DNA of 64,000 bases from Pseudomonadota bacterium (GCA_009926935.1 RFNZ01000002.1:89473-153472); one strand, 5' to 3'. Positions 27,540 to 38,299 are shown, counted from the first letter of the stretch. Numbers and translations are program-made. Notes: a model not told the origin generated them from the letters alone.

Positions 27540-29621
27540 ATGAGCGATTTGTTTTCAAGCCCCCAGAAAAAGAAACCCCAGACCGCGGCAGCCAGCAAAA
27601 AATCTGGCCCCAGCGCCTCGGAAGTATTGAAAAAAGGCGCAAACGAGGTTGACAGCTACTCAGCCAAACAAATCGTGGTGCTGGAGGGGTTGGAACCCGT
27701 CCGCAAACGCCCAGGCATGTATATCGGCGGCACGGATGAACGCGCCCTGCACCACCTGGTAGCCGAGATTCTCGATAACGCGATGGATGAAGCAGTGGCC
27801 GGCCACGCCAGCCGCATTGATGTGATATTGCACGATGATGGCAGCTGCGCAATCGGCGATAACGGCCGCGGTATTCCGGTTGATGAACACCCAAAATACC
27901 CCGGTAAATCCGCGCTCGAGATCATCCTCACAACCCTCCACTCCGGCGGCAAATTCAATACCGATGTGTACAAAACCTCAGGCGGTTTGCACGGCGTTGG
28001 TATCTCGGTCGTCAACGCCCTCTCCGATCTCATGTCGGTTGAAGTCGCCAAGGATAAAAAATTATACCGGCAGGAATTCTCTCGCGGTCTCCCCAAAGGC
28101 AAACTGCAAAGCTTGGGCGCCGTTAACCGCAAGGGCACGCTTGTCCGCTTCCATCCCGATGCGCAGATCTTCGGTAGCAGCCTGCATCTAAAACCCGCCA
28201 CGCTCTACCGCATGTGCCGATCGAAGGCGTATCTCTTTCGCGGCGTTGAAATCAAATGGAAGACCGAGATCAACGACGGCGCAACACCGCTCGAAGATAC
28301 GTTTAAGTTTCCTGGCGGCCTTGAGGACTTTTTAAAAACCGAGCTTGCATCCCGCCCGCTGGTCACGCCTCACATCTTTGCCGACCTCGTCGAAAACAAG
28401 GACAGCCGGATCGAATTCGCAGTCGCCTGGCCCGATGACTTTGGCGACGGCTTCATCCACTCCTACTGCAACACCATCCCAACCCCGCAAGGCGGTACGC
28501 ACGAAGCGGGGATGCGCGGCGCTCTCGCCAAATCCTTGAAGGATTACGCAACCCTCATCAACAACAAACAGGCATCCATCATCACCGCCGAAGACGTAAT
28601 GGAAGGCGCCTGCTGCCTGCTTTCCGTCTTTATTTCCGAGCCACAGTTTCAGGGCCAGACGAAGGACAAACTCGCAACCCCCATGGCCCAGCGCGTTGTC
28701 GAACAGGCAATGAAAGACCGGTTTGATATCTACCTCACCTCCGACCCCGCTTCTGCAAAACTGCTGCTGGATAGCATCGTAGCCCGGGCCGAACACCGCC
28801 TCCGCCGCAAAGAGGATAAAGACACTCTCCGCAAAACCGCGACGCGCAAACTGCGCCTGCCTGGCAAACTCGCTGACTGCTCGCGCAACGTGTCGTTCGG
28901 CACCGAGATATTTATCGTCGAGGGCGACTCGGCAGGTGGGTCTGCAAAGCAAGGCCGCAACCGTGAAACGCAGGCAATTCTGCCCCTGCGCGGCAAAATC
29001 CTGAACGTGGTATCAGCAACCCGTGATAAAATCCGCGACAATCAGGAGATACAGGATCTGATCTTGGCTCTCGGCTGCGGCGCGGGCGATAAATTCAAAC
29101 TCTCCGATTTGCGTTACGAGCGCGTGATCATCATGACTGACGCTGATGTCGACGGCGCGCACATCGCATCCCTTCTCATCAGCTTTTTCTATACCCAGAT
29201 GCCCAGCCTTCTTGAATCCGGCGCTCTGTACTTGGCGCTCCCGCCGCTCTATCGTCTATCGGCAGGTGGCACAACAGTCTACGCGAAAGACGACGCGCAC
29301 CGCGAACAACTGATGGCAACAACCTTCAAAGGCCGCACCAAAGTCGAGGTCAGCCGCTTCAAAGGCTTGGGTGAAATGCCCGCAGCCCAGCTGAAGGAAA
29401 CAACGATGAACCCCAAATCTCGCACGCTCATGCGTGTCACGCTGCCGGAGGCCGCCGCTATAACAGAGGCCACTCTTGCGGAAGGCGAGATACCGGCCCC
29501 GGCAGAAAATCCGCGCAAGGCCGTTGATGACCTCATCGATAACCTCATGGGCAAAAACGCCGATGCCCGCTTCCAGTTTATTCAAAACAACGCCCTCAGT
29601 GTTGAGGAACTGGATATCTAA
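27540..29621 (+). CDS. parE: Type IIA topoisomerase B subunit, most likely topoisomerase IV subunit B
   Basis: GHKL ATPase region (LEPVRKRPGMYIGGTDERALHHLVAEILDNAMDEA), Toprim EGDSAGG, and PLRGKILNV. At 693 aa it lacks the GyrB-specific insertion, which fits alphaproteobacterial ParE. Confidence 0.8.
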   Translation: MSDLFSSPQKKKPQTAAASKKSGPSASEVLKKGANEVDSYSAKQIVVLEGLEPVRKRPGMYIGGTDERALHHLVAEILDNAMDEAVAGHASRIDVILHDDGSCAIGDNGRGIPVDEHPKYPGKSALEIILTTLHSGGKFNTDVYKTSGGLHGVGISVVNALSDLMSVEVAKDKKLYRQEFSRGLPKGKLQSLGAVNRKGTLVRFHPDAQIFGSSLHLKPATLYRMCRSKAYLFRGVEIKWKTEINDGATPLEDTFKFPGGLEDFLKTELASRPLVTPHIFADLVENKDSRIEFAVAWPDDFGDGFIHSYCNTIPTPQGGTHEAGMRGALAKSLKDYATLINNKQASIITAEDVMEGACCLLSVFISEPQFQGQTKDKLATPMAQRVVEQAMKDRFDIYLTSDPASAKLLLDSIVARAEHRLRRKEDKDTLRKTATRKLRLPGKLADCSRNVSFGTEIFIVEGDSAGGSAKQGRNRETQAILPLRGKILNVVSATRDKIRDNQEIQDLILALGCGAGDKFKLSDLRYERVIIMTDADVDGAHIASLLISFFYTQMPSLLESGALYLALPPLYRLSAGGTTVYAKDDAHREQLMATTFKGRTKVEVSRFKGLGEMPAAQLKETTMNPKSRTLMRVTLPEAAAITEATLAEGEIPAPAENPRKAVDDLIDNLMGKNADARFQFIQNNALSVEELDI

Positions 29622-30037
29622 TGCACACCGGAAAAGCCGCCCGTATCGCAGCTCTCTGGCTTAGTTTGGCAGCGCCACTTCTGCCTTTTTTAGCAGGCTG
29701 CTCAAACGGCGCCTACACAAGAGGTGCTGGGCAAAGCGTGGCAGCGGAACCCTACAGACAGCCAGCCCGGCCATATTGGTATACGCGGCCAACACCTCTT
29801 TACAGTGCTTCGGAACAGGAGCGCATTTGCACCCCCTCGCCTGAACTCGCGGTCATCATCACTGATCAGGAAGTTCCGGGCGTAATAGGCACAGCACAAG
29901 GCAAATGCGCGGTCTTCAAACCCGGCGCGCGCGAAGTTGACTACATTATATCCTTAGGCCCCAAGGATACCTGCGACGAAGCGGGGTTAACGGCACTTCG
30001 CGTAAACCTGCCCCGCAAAGCGCCCGTTTGTAGCTGA
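29621..30037 (+). CDS. Putative lipoprotein
   Basis: The ATG overlaps the parE TAA (TAATG). Lipobox LPFLAGC. 138 aa, with no recognised domain. Confidence 0.55.
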   Translation: MHTGKAARIAALWLSLAAPLLPFLAGCSNGAYTRGAGQSVAAEPYRQPARPYWYTRPTPLYSASEQERICTPSPELAVIITDQEVPGVIGTAQGKCAVFKPGAREVDYIISLGPKDTCDEAGLTALRVNLPRKAPVCS

Positions 30038-30074
30038 ATTCGCCCTTTCTCTATATTTGACATAAGTATTAAAA

Positions 30075-30686
30075 ATGGGTAATATACTGGCCATGCAACA
30101 ACCAACAGAATCAAGATTAAGACGCCGCGCTAAAAAAGCCCTCGCGGCAGCAGCCCTTGGCGGAACGGCGCTTATCAATGCTGCCTGTTCATCAGGCACG
30201 GTTGTCCGTACCGCTGAATTCGATACGGGTGTTTCAGCCCGCCCGGCACACACGCAGCAAGTAACGGGCGAGCGTTTCGGCGGCCCCGGTTACCCTATCG
30301 GCGTTTTGCAGCGTATTGATTATTCTGTCCAGCCTCAAATCCGCTGGGGCTTCAATAACTATGGCTATTTTTCGGATGGCGCCTACAATGTCATCGGCAG
30401 TCGCGAAGGTTGCTGGATGACACGCCCGGCATATTTTCTGGACCTCGATACCGGTGTTGAGTTTAAAGCACGCGTCGCAAGACCCCACCTTATGGATGAG
30501 TGGAACTGCAAACGCATCAGCGGTTCATGGGGCGTCTTGCGCGACGGCGTACAAGGTATTCGCGACGGCATTCGCAGCATCACGCCCGGCGCTGGCGATG
30601 GCCCGTATTACGGTGGCTACTACGGCAACCGCGGCACGCCAGAGCCCTATTCCGGCGGCTCTTACCCAAGACGATACAGCTGGTAA
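30075..30686 (+). CDS. Putative lipoprotein with Gly/Tyr-rich C-terminal tail
   Basis: Signal/lipobox-like ALAAAALGGTALINAACS. The C-terminus reads GDGPYYGGYYGNRGTPEPYSGGSYPRRYSW. An alternative start is at 30093. Confidence 0.5.
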   Translation: MGNILAMQQPTESRLRRRAKKALAAAALGGTALINAACSSGTVVRTAEFDTGVSARPAHTQQVTGERFGGPGYPIGVLQRIDYSVQPQIRWGFNNYGYFSDGAYNVIGSREGCWMTRPAYFLDLDTGVEFKARVARPHLMDEWNCKRISGSWGVLRDGVQGIRDGIRSITPGAGDGPYYGGYYGNRGTPEPYSGGSYPRRYSW

Positions 30687-30690
30687 CATC

Positions 30691-31086
30691 ATGTCGGCAA
30701 AATCATCAGCTGCTTGGTCATTGCCTACACCCATCAAATGGGTGTTCAAAGGCGCGGGCGCGGGTGCGGTCATATCTGGCCTTGTTGCGTGCTCAACCGT
30801 TCCAAATGATGGCGCACTCTTTCAACCAACCGGTCGTGTTATAAAACAGGCCACGGTCCTGAGGGTCGAGTTCACAACAGGCCTGCGCGAGCTCGGCCGC
30901 AGCCACATGGAAACAGTTCCCGTTGTCTGGAACGCAAACTCCGAGCCGCCAATCTTTGGCCGCTGCTTCTATCAAGTCGCTGGAATAGATTACGCAACCA
31001 ACAGGCTGGTTGACTATTTCGTAGAGCGCCGCTGCCATAATTTCGTAACCGGCTTCACGCCAACTGGGCCTTACAACCGCTACTAA
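30691..31086 (+). CDS. Putative lipoprotein
   Basis: ATG at 30691, inside track ORF 30454-31086. MSAKSS...GAGAVISGLVACS lipobox. 131 aa. It is convergent with lptD, overlapping it by 4 nt. Confidence 0.5.
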   Translation: MSAKSSAAWSLPTPIKWVFKGAGAGAVISGLVACSTVPNDGALFQPTGRVIKQATVLRVEFTTGLRELGRSHMETVPVVWNANSEPPIFGRCFYQVAGIDYATNRLVDYFVERRCHNFVTGFTPTGPYNRY

Positions 31087-33581
31087 TTATTGGTTTCGCT
31101 GTTTTTTTCGTTCTTATCTTTAAACTTGAACGCCTTGGTCGAGTATTCACCAAGGTTTTTAAGGCCAATCCTGAACATAATCGTCGTGTCCTGCACGCCC
31201 GATGAGTCGTTGGCAAGGTTACGATCTGCCGTGACCGCCACATCGTAACAATCATGCGTGTATGTGAGTGTTCCAACGGCACGGCGCAGACCGCGGTCAT
31301 CTGCCACGCTCGAGAGGTCATAAATGCCATCTCCGCGCAATGTCCACATGTCCGAAAGTTCGATGGTCGAGCCAAGCGATACCTGCTCACGGCTAGCGGC
31401 ATACGTTGTGCCAGCCACGCCTTTGGCATACATGTAACTGCCGTCAACGGTAACGGGGCCCCAAACGGTCTGGCCATAAAGCTCATGCCGCTGCGATGTC
31501 AGCGTATCGGCATTCACCTGAAACCTATACGAAAGCGCGTGCTTGCCTTCGTCAAACGAGGCGTTGATTGCTCCCACATAATCCGATGATTGCGATTCAA
31601 GCCCCGATCCGATGGGGAAATCGCTCTGGTCGTCAAAGTTGTAGCTCTGGCCGATAAACGTATCGAGATAACCGCCTTCATAGGTATAAAGGCCGGTTTT
31701 TACACCGTAGGCCACGTGCGATTTGTCTTCAATGCGGTCAAGGCCTGGGTAACGGTTGCCTTCAAGTATGTTTCCGGCATCCAGCTGCACATCCGTTGAA
31801 TCCTCATTCGGGATATCATCGCTGTTATCGATATCAGGCGAAACATAAACGCTTGTAACGGGCTCCACTCGCAGCTGGAAGGATTTAAAATTACTTTTCA
31901 AAGGATACGAAGCTGTAAACTGCGCATTGGGGAAAAGCCTTACTTCTTCCTCGTTATCATCCTCGGTCGGGTTGGTCGATGCCTCTACCCTGTCAGCCGT
32001 TGCGAAAAAATCGGCTCTTGCGCCAAGCTCGGTATTGAACACAAGCCCGACAGGCAGAATATCCTGCCGGAGCCACGATGCGCGGGATGACCCGCGCCAT
32101 GAATCCTGTCCGTTGCCATCCCGCGCAAGCGAGAGAAGCGAGTTATCCCACTGCCAGCGCCCGCCAAGCAAATCATTGGGATCCCCGAAAAGCGAAAGCT
32201 CCGCATAAGGCAAAATATTAGGCTGGTCCGTTTTGGATGAGCCTGCGCGGATATCCTGAAAAGCCAGGGCCTCGATGATCGCGTAATCGCGCTCGTCAAA
32301 GCGTTCTGCATACACACGGTTTTCAAGAATACTTTCGTCCGAAAAACCGTACTGGCGCAGATACTGCTCGTCGGAGGTTAGTTTCAAATCTGCACCTGCC
32401 CGCCAGTGCTGGTTGATATCCCAGGCGCCGCGGCCAAAAAAGTGCCCGCGCAATTCATCGTCCTTGGCAACATCCGTATTATTGATGCTATCCGTACGAC
32501 CCGAGTGCGTGGCACTGAAATCCGTCTCCATATACGCCTGCTCAAATCGCTTCCTGAACTGTACGCGGCCAAGCGGCCCCTCTTTCGTGGTGGGCATGAC
32601 AGTAAACGTGGCATCGGTCGATGGCGAGATCGCCCAATAATAAGGCTGCGAGTAAAAAGCGCCCAGCTCGCTGTTCCAGCCGAAGCTCGGTGTCAAAAGT
32701 CCGCTTTTTTGTTCAACCGTGCCATCCGGGTGCGAGAAATACGGCGTATAAAAAACAGGCAGGCCCCAAACATCAAGCCAGGCATGGCGGTACTCAATCC
32801 GCTGTTCGTCACGCAGAACATTGACTTCCTTCGCGTGCAACTGCCATGGCGGGCGCTTGTCGGGGTCTTCCGCACAAGCCTTGCAAGCCGTATAGGATGC
32901 GTCTTTAAGGCGATAGCGCTGTTCGCTTTCTTTGACACCTTGGTTAGCCCAAGCGCGCGAGCCGTCAGCCATCGTCGTGAATATTTTCTGCACAAGGCCT
33001 TGGCGCATCCGGTCCGACAACTCGATCGACTCCGCGTGGTGCACATCGCCGTTAGCATCGGTAATGACAACATTGCCCTCGGCAGTCGCAAGGTCATCCT
33101 TGAGGTTGTAAACAACCTTGTCGGCCTCCAGCTTGCGGCCATCCTGTGTAAGCTCGACATGGCCGCTCAGCGTAACAATCCGGTTTTCCTGATCGTAATC
33201 GACAGCCTCCGCCGCATAATCAACAGGGCTTTGTTTTGGCTTGTCGGGCGTCGCCGCACTCTCAGGCAGCACAGGTTCAACAATGCTGTAATCCGTGGTT
33301 TCGGCATAAGGCCTGTCTGGGGATGCGGTCGCAGGTACGGTTTCGGTCTGCGCAATCAAAACAGGTTCGGCAAAAGCGGCCTCGCCATTAACCGTCGTGC
33401 TCACGGCATCGCCGGCAAGTGGCGGCGAGAGCAGCACATCATCAGCATCATATTGGGCATGAGCAGGCACACAAATCGCCGTCATGGCGGAAGTCGCCAG
33501 AAGGATCGAGAGCAATAGCCGTGACACGCGCATTTTGAGCATGCGTTCCATAGATCTGTTTAACACCCATGATTTTCGCAA
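31083..33581 (-). CDS. lptD: LPS-assembly outer-membrane protein LptD
   Basis: 832 aa with a signal peptide. N-terminal OstA-like region (VVYNLKDDLATAEGNVVITDANGD), then a long beta-barrel-type region rich in alternating aromatic residues. Alternative start at 33533. Confidence 0.85.
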   Translation of the reverse strand: MRKSWVLNRSMERMLKMRVSRLLLSILLATSAMTAICVPAHAQYDADDVLLSPPLAGDAVSTTVNGEAAFAEPVLIAQTETVPATASPDRPYAETTDYSIVEPVLPESAATPDKPKQSPVDYAAEAVDYDQENRIVTLSGHVELTQDGRKLEADKVVYNLKDDLATAEGNVVITDANGDVHHAESIELSDRMRQGLVQKIFTTMADGSRAWANQGVKESEQRYRLKDASYTACKACAEDPDKRPPWQLHAKEVNVLRDEQRIEYRHAWLDVWGLPVFYTPYFSHPDGTVEQKSGLLTPSFGWNSELGAFYSQPYYWAISPSTDATFTVMPTTKEGPLGRVQFRKRFEQAYMETDFSATHSGRTDSINNTDVAKDDELRGHFFGRGAWDINQHWRAGADLKLTSDEQYLRQYGFSDESILENRVYAERFDERDYAIIEALAFQDIRAGSSKTDQPNILPYAELSLFGDPNDLLGGRWQWDNSLLSLARDGNGQDSWRGSSRASWLRQDILPVGLVFNTELGARADFFATADRVEASTNPTEDDNEEEVRLFPNAQFTASYPLKSNFKSFQLRVEPVTSVYVSPDIDNSDDIPNEDSTDVQLDAGNILEGNRYPGLDRIEDKSHVAYGVKTGLYTYEGGYLDTFIGQSYNFDDQSDFPIGSGLESQSSDYVGAINASFDEGKHALSYRFQVNADTLTSQRHELYGQTVWGPVTVDGSYMYAKGVAGTTYAASREQVSLGSTIELSDMWTLRGDGIYDLSSVADDRGLRRAVGTLTYTHDCYDVAVTADRNLANDSSGVQDTTIMFRIGLKNLGEYSTKAFKFKDKNEKNSETNN

Positions 33582-33660
33582 GCCCGTTGGGGTACGTCAA
33601 TCCCGTAGGACAAGAAAAAATGAAGCAAAATGAAGATAGTTAGCAGAAAAGATTAAACTT

Positions 33661-34995
33661 CTACCTGCCCCGCATAAACGCAGGGACATCATCACCGAAT
33701 CCGGCTGATGGGCTGGCAACCTCACCCTCATCGTGGCGGGGTCGCTCCACACGGGGCGGGCGCTGGTCTTCACGCTTCGGTTTTTCAGAACGTTGCGCAC
33801 GAGGCTCGCGGGGCTCTCGCGCTGGCTTAGCCTCTCTCGGTGCCCGTTCGCGGCTTTCAACTGCAGGCGCGCCCACGCGGGGTATGGCTTTTGCGATCAG
33901 CTTTTCAATCGCGGTGATCAGTTTGTCGTCATCCGGCACGCCAAACGTAAAGGCAACGCCCGATTTACCGGCACGGCCCGTCCGGCCGATGCGGTGGACA
34001 TAATCCTCCGCATTGAAAGGCACATCGTAGTTGAAAACATGTGAAACGCCCGAAATATCAAGCCCGCGGGCCGCAACATCCGAGCAAATCATGATCGAAA
34101 TTTTACCGTCCTTGAAATCCTGCAAAGTCTGGGTGCGCTGGGCCTGCGGCATGTCGCCGTGCAGCGGTGCGGCCGAAACCCCCTGCCCCGATAAAAAGCG
34201 CGAGAGCGTGCTCACATCTTTTTTACGGTTGCAGAACACAAACGCGTTCACAACGCCAAGGCTGGTGTCACGGATGAGGTTTAAAAGCGTGCGGTCTTTA
34301 TCCTTGCCCGATTTAAGCATCATCAGGTTTTGCGCAACCGTTTCGGCTGGGCTTGCCTGCGCGGCTACGGCAACCGTTCGCGGGTTGGTCATGAACGCTT
34401 CCGATAGTTTCTGGATAGGCGCCGGCATCGTGGCCGAGAAAAGCAAAGTCTGGCGGATAGGCGGCACCATTTTAACAATGCGCTCGATATCGGGGATGAA
34501 ACCCATATCCAGCATCCGGTCCGCTTCATCAATCACAAGCATTTTAATATCGTTCAAAAGCACGTTCCCGCGCTCGAACAAATCCAAAAGGCGGCCGGGC
34601 GTTGCAATCAGCACGTCAACGCCGCGCGCAAGCAGGTTGGTCTGGTCACCCATGCCAACACCGCCCACAATCAGGCATTTGGTTAAGGTGCCGTACTTCC
34701 CGTATTTATCGAAGTTTTCGGCAATCTGCGCAGCAAGCTCGCGGGTGGGGGAAAGCACAAGCGCACGCGGCATGCGAGCCTTAGAAACACCGTCAGCCAG
34801 TATTTCAATCATAGGCAGGGTAAACGATGCTGTTTTGCCGGTGCCCGTGCGGGCAATGCCCACAACGTCACGGCCCTGCAACACCCAGGGTATGGCTTTG
34901 GCCTGTATCTCTGTCGGGGTCGTATATCCGCTCTCGGTAACGGCGCGCAAAACAGGCTCTGAAAGCCCCAAATCATGGAAGGTAGTATCGGTCAT
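33661..34995 (-). CDS. DEAD-box ATP-dependent RNA helicase (RhlE-like)
   Basis: Q motif, ARTGTGKT (Walker A), VIDEADRMLDMGF (DEAD), SAT and HRIGRTGRAG. It has a basic Arg/Glu/Pro-rich C-terminal tail. Confidence 0.92.
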   Translation of the reverse strand: MTDTTFHDLGLSEPVLRAVTESGYTTPTEIQAKAIPWVLQGRDVVGIARTGTGKTASFTLPMIEILADGVSKARMPRALVLSPTRELAAQIAENFDKYGKYGTLTKCLIVGGVGMGDQTNLLARGVDVLIATPGRLLDLFERGNVLLNDIKMLVIDEADRMLDMGFIPDIERIVKMVPPIRQTLLFSATMPAPIQKLSEAFMTNPRTVAVAAQASPAETVAQNLMMLKSGKDKDRTLLNLIRDTSLGVVNAFVFCNRKKDVSTLSRFLSGQGVSAAPLHGDMPQAQRTQTLQDFKDGKISIMICSDVAARGLDISGVSHVFNYDVPFNAEDYVHRIGRTGRAGKSGVAFTFGVPDDDKLITAIEKLIAKAIPRVGAPAVESRERAPREAKPAREPREPRAQRSEKPKREDQRPPRVERPRHDEGEVASPSAGFGDDVPAFMRGR

Positions 34996-35054
34996 TTCGG
35001 CGCGACTATAGCGATATTGCGCAAAAGGGCAAGTTTTGCGGCAATCGCCGGAAT

Positions 35055-35888
35055 TTGGTAGAACAATCCCCGATGATTCTAAACTTTCCGCAGTGGCAGG
35101 GCGAAGGCTTTCCTAGCACGGTCGATGAAGGCGCAAAACGCCTCGGCGCCCTCATTCAAAATCAAGCAGCTGTGCACCACGTGCCTGTTGCCGCAAAACA
35201 CAGCCTCACAATCGAGGACGGTATTTTCGGCCGCACCGAAATCGAAGCGCAGCTAAAAAGCGCGCTCGATATTCTCAACATACATGAACCAAAACGCGTT
35301 TTGACAATTGGTGGCGATTGCGGCATCGAGGTCGCCCCAAGTGCATATTTGAATAACCTCTACGGCGGTGACGTACAGATTTTCTGGATCGACGCGCATT
35401 CCGATATCAATACACCTGATACATCTTTCTCCGGCCACTTCCACGGTATGCCACTTGCCTATTTGCTGGGCGAGGCTGTGGGCGATGCCATCACAAACCT
35501 CATCCCGAAGTTTATAACGCCGGATCAAATCGCCTATCTGGGCCTTCGCAGCATCGATCCGCCGGAAGAAGAGTATATCGCAAACCACAACATCAAAAAC
35601 CTCGGCTGGGATAGCGTGCGCGATATGCCAAAAAAATACAGCCGCGCAATCTTGCATGTCGATACCGATGTGCTCGATGAAAGCATCTACCGCGAATGCT
35701 CAACCCCCACCTCCGGTGGCACAACACTTGAAACACTGCTCGCAACACTGGATTACCTTTGGTCCACTTACGATGTCGTAGGCGCAACCATCACCGAATA
35801 CGCACCGAAAGGGGCCGACGCCGCCCGCACCCTCGTCAGCCAAATCCTCAAAACCGGCCTCAGAGCCAACGATGCGATGTGGGCATAA
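35055..35888 (+). CDS. Arginase/agmatinase/formimidoylglutamase-family metallohydrolase
   Basis: Ureohydrolase metal-binding blocks GGDCGI, DAHSDINTP and HVDTDVLD. It has a GTG start; an alternative ATG (MILNFPQW) is at 35073. Specificity is not inferable. Confidence 0.7.
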   Translation: MVEQSPMILNFPQWQGEGFPSTVDEGAKRLGALIQNQAAVHHVPVAAKHSLTIEDGIFGRTEIEAQLKSALDILNIHEPKRVLTIGGDCGIEVAPSAYLNNLYGGDVQIFWIDAHSDINTPDTSFSGHFHGMPLAYLLGEAVGDAITNLIPKFITPDQIAYLGLRSIDPPEEEYIANHNIKNLGWDSVRDMPKKYSRAILHVDTDVLDESIYRECSTPTSGGTTLETLLATLDYLWSTYDVVGATITEYAPKGADAARTLVSQILKTGLRANDAMWA

Positions 35889-35942
35889 TCCTCTCGCGAT
35901 AATCGACAAATTCGCCGAACTACGCTAAATTAAAACCATTCC

Positions 35943-35966
35943 ACGGGCGCATAACGCCCGTTTTTT
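35943..35966 (+). terminator. Rho-independent terminator
   Basis: acgggcg-cataa-cgcccgt followed by TTTTTT, 55 nt after the preceding stop. Confidence 0.75.
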
Positions 35967-36053
35967 AATGGCCGGAATTAAAAAAGTTCAAATCAAACTG
36001 AACAAGTCAAATTTAACAAACAAATCAAACAAGTAACCCCTATTTTGCCTTCA

Positions 36054-36174
36054 GAAATTCGCTCGTATGAGGCAGATGGAGTTGTTTTTCGGGAACCGTA
36101 GCGGAGCGTAGTTAAACCTACGCGAGCACCGGAAGCGCGAAAAACGGCTCCAGATGTCCATACGAGTAGAATTT
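36054..36174. repeat. tRNA-flank palindromic element, copy B (about 120 bp)
   Basis: The arms gaaattcgctcgtatgaggcagatggagttgtttttcg and cgaaaaacggctccagatgtccatacgagtagaattt are inverted copies. The central hairpin is gcgtag-ttaaac-ctacgc (36106-36123). It lies 13 nt from the tRNA-Glu 3' end. Confidence 0.8.
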
Positions 36175-36186
36175 ATGCAGGTAAAA

Positions 36187-36262
36187 TGGCGTTCCCTACG
36201 GGATTCGAACCCGTGTTACATCCGTGAAAGGGACGTGTCCTAGGCCTCTAGACGAAGGGAAC
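36187..36262 (-). tRNA. tRNA-Glu (TTC)
   Basis: Reverse complement gttcccttcgtctagaggcctaggacacgtccctttcacggatgtaacacgggttcgaatcccgtagggaacgcca. Anticodon loop ctTTCac. Confidence 0.92.
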
Positions 36263-36379
36263 GCAGTACTAAAGACGGGCAGTGTTTAGCGGCCCCGCAC
36301 GTAAAATGCAAGTCTTTTTGGAAATGCAAAATGGTTTTTCCTTGGCGTGCCTCGCTCTCATGGCTATAAATACACCTTC

Positions 36380-38299
36380 ATGAGCAAAACTGCCCCTCTC
36401 CAAAAGGCTGAAGCGCCTTCCAAAACGCCCCTGCTTGATCAGGTGGGCGTACCTTCCGACATGCGCGGGCTATCGGATACCGAGCTCAAACAGTTGGCCG
36501 ATGAACTCCGTGCCGAAACGATCGACGCCGTAGCGCAAACGGGCGGGCATCTGGGCGCGGGGCTTGGCGTGGTTGAGCTGACGGTTGCCATCCATGCGGT
36601 GTTCAACACGCCCGATGATAAACTCATCTGGGATGTAGGGCATCAGGCATACCCGCACAAAATCATCACGGGTCGCCGCGATAAAATCCGCACGCTGCGT
36701 CAGGGTGGCGGGCTATCAGGTTTCACAAAACGCAGCGAGTCCGAGTACGACCCGTTTGGCGCCGCGCACTCCTCCACGTCCATTTCATCAGCGCTCGGCA
36801 TGGCCGTCGCACGGGATTTGAAGGGTGAGGATAACACCGTGATCGCCGTTATAGGTGACGGCGCAATTTCCGCCGGCATGGCTTACGAGGCCATGAATAA
36901 TGCAGGCTCCCTCAAATCTAACCTGCTGGTGATATTGAACGACAACGATATGTCGATCGCTCCGCCCGTCGGCGCCATGAGCCGTTATCTCACCAAACTG
37001 GTGTCCTCAAACCCCTACATGGGCGCCCGTGACATTGCCAAAAAAGTAGCGAGCATTCTGCCCCAGCCCCTGCAAATGGCAGCAAAACGCGCTGAGGAAA
37101 CCGCAAGGGCAGCCTTGGGCCACGGCACCTTGTTCGAGGAGATGGGTTTTTATTACATCGGCCCCGTCGATGGCCATGACTTGGATGCGCTGTTGCCCAT
37201 CCTGCGCAACATCCGCGATACGCGCCACGATGGTCCTATTTTAATCCATGCCATCACCAAAAAAGGCAAAGGCTACGCCCCTGCTGAAAACGCGCCCGAC
37301 AAAATGCACGGCGTCGCAAAATTCGATGTCGTAACAGGTACTCAAGAAAAATCACGCGCAGGCGCACCCAGCTACACAAGCGTTTTTGCCCGCGAGCTGA
37401 TCAAACACGCGCAAAAAGATAAAACCATTGTCGGCATCACCGCCGCAATGCCGGGCGGTACGGGCATGGATGCATTTGGCGATGCCTTTCCAAACCGTAT
37501 GTTCGATGTGGGCATTGCCGAGCAACACGCCGTTACCTTTGCGGCAGGCTTGGCTACCGAGGGCATGAAACCCTTTTGCGCCATCTACTCAACATTTCTG
37601 CAACGCGCCTATGACCAGGTGGTGCATGACGTGGCACTACAAAACCTGCCCGTCCGTTTCGCAATTGACAGGGCCGGGCTTGTGGGCGCGGATGGCGCAA
37701 CGCATGCAGGCGCATTTGATATCGCTTACCTTGGATGCCTCCCCAACATGATGCTGATGGCCGCATCCGATGAAGTTGAACTAGCGCGCATGGTTGCAAC
37801 GGCCGTAGCCTATAACGATGGCCCTTGCGCTTTCCGTTACCCGCGCGGCAACGGCTTCGGCCTTGAGATACCCGAAAAGGCTGAGCCGCTTGAAATCGGC
37901 CGCGGACGTATCGTGCGTGAAGGGTCGGATGTCGCGATACTGTCCTACGGCGCAAGGTTGCAGGAATGTGTGCAAGCCGCAGACATGCTAGCCACAAAAA
38001 ACATCAGCACCACAGTGGCTGATGCACGCTTTGCAAAACCGCTCGATACAAAACTTATCGAACGCCTGATAAAAAATCATAAGGCCGTGGTTACAATCGA
38101 GGAGGGCTCGACAGGCGGATTCGGCGCACTCGTGATGCACTTCGCGGCTAACGCAGGACTTCTCGATACCGGCACATGCAAGCTACGCACCATGCACCTG
38201 CCCGATATGTTTCAGGATCACGACAAACCTGAAAAACAATACGACGAGGCAGGCCTCAACGCCGCACAAATCGTCCGTATGGTTTTATCCATCAGTTAA
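36380..38299 (+). CDS. dxs: 1-deoxy-D-xylulose-5-phosphate synthase
   Basis: [32 protein letters not shown], and the TPP-binding [18 protein letters not shown]. Likely start MSKTAPLQ at 36380; the track ORF starts at 36347. Confidence 0.95.
   Translation: MSKTAPLQKAEAPSKTPLLDQVGVPSDMRGLSDTELKQLADELRAETIDAVAQTGGHLGAGLGVVELTVAIHAVFNTPDDKLIWDVGHQAYPHKIITGRRDKIRTLRQGGGLSGFTKRSESEYDPFGAAHSSTSISSALGMAVARDLKGEDNTVIAVIGDGAISAGMAYEAMNNAGSLKSNLLVILNDNDMSIAPPVGAMSRYLTKLVSSNPYMGARDIAKKVASILPQPLQMAAKRAEETARAALGHGTLFEEMGFYYIGPVDGHDLDALLPILRNIRDTRHDGPILIHAITKKGKGYAPAENAPDKMHGVAKFDVVTGTQEKSRAGAPSYTSVFARELIKHAQKDKTIVGITAAMPGGTGMDAFGDAFPNRMFDVGIAEQHAVTFAAGLATEGMKPFCAIYSTFLQRAYDQVVHDVALQNLPVRFAIDRAGLVGADGATHAGAFDIAYLGCLPNMMLMAASDEVELARMVATAVAYNDGPCAFRYPRGNGFGLEIPEKAEPLEIGRGRIVREGSDVAILSYGARLQECVQAADMLATKNISTTVADARFAKPLDTKLIERLIKNHKAVVTIEEGSTGGFGALVMHFAANAGLLDTGTCKLRTMHLPDMFQDHDKPEKQYDEAGLNAAQIVRMVLSIS

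Noticed and set aside
32406-33518. Long antisense or alternative-frame ORFs inside well-supported genes. Examples are 32406-33518 (+) in lptD, 34031-35011 (+) in the helicase, 39262-40470 (+) in proA/proB, 53682-54521 (-) in murA, 45152-45862 (-) in tal, 9100-9747 (+) in nuoE/D, and 516-989 (+) in nuoH.
   Set aside because: Their composition is Arg/Ala/Ser/Pro-rich and low in complexity, typical of shadow ORFs opposite GC-rich coding sequence. Each is fully contained in a gene with strong motif support.
35985-36050. An A/C-rich low-complexity stretch (caaatcaaactgaacaagtcaaatttaacaaacaaatcaaacaag), which I considered as a possible tandem repeat or CRISPR-like array.
   Set aside because: It has only loose, short caaa/caaatcaaac reiterations, with no regular period and no spacer-repeat architecture. 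No CRISPR array is present anywhere in the window.
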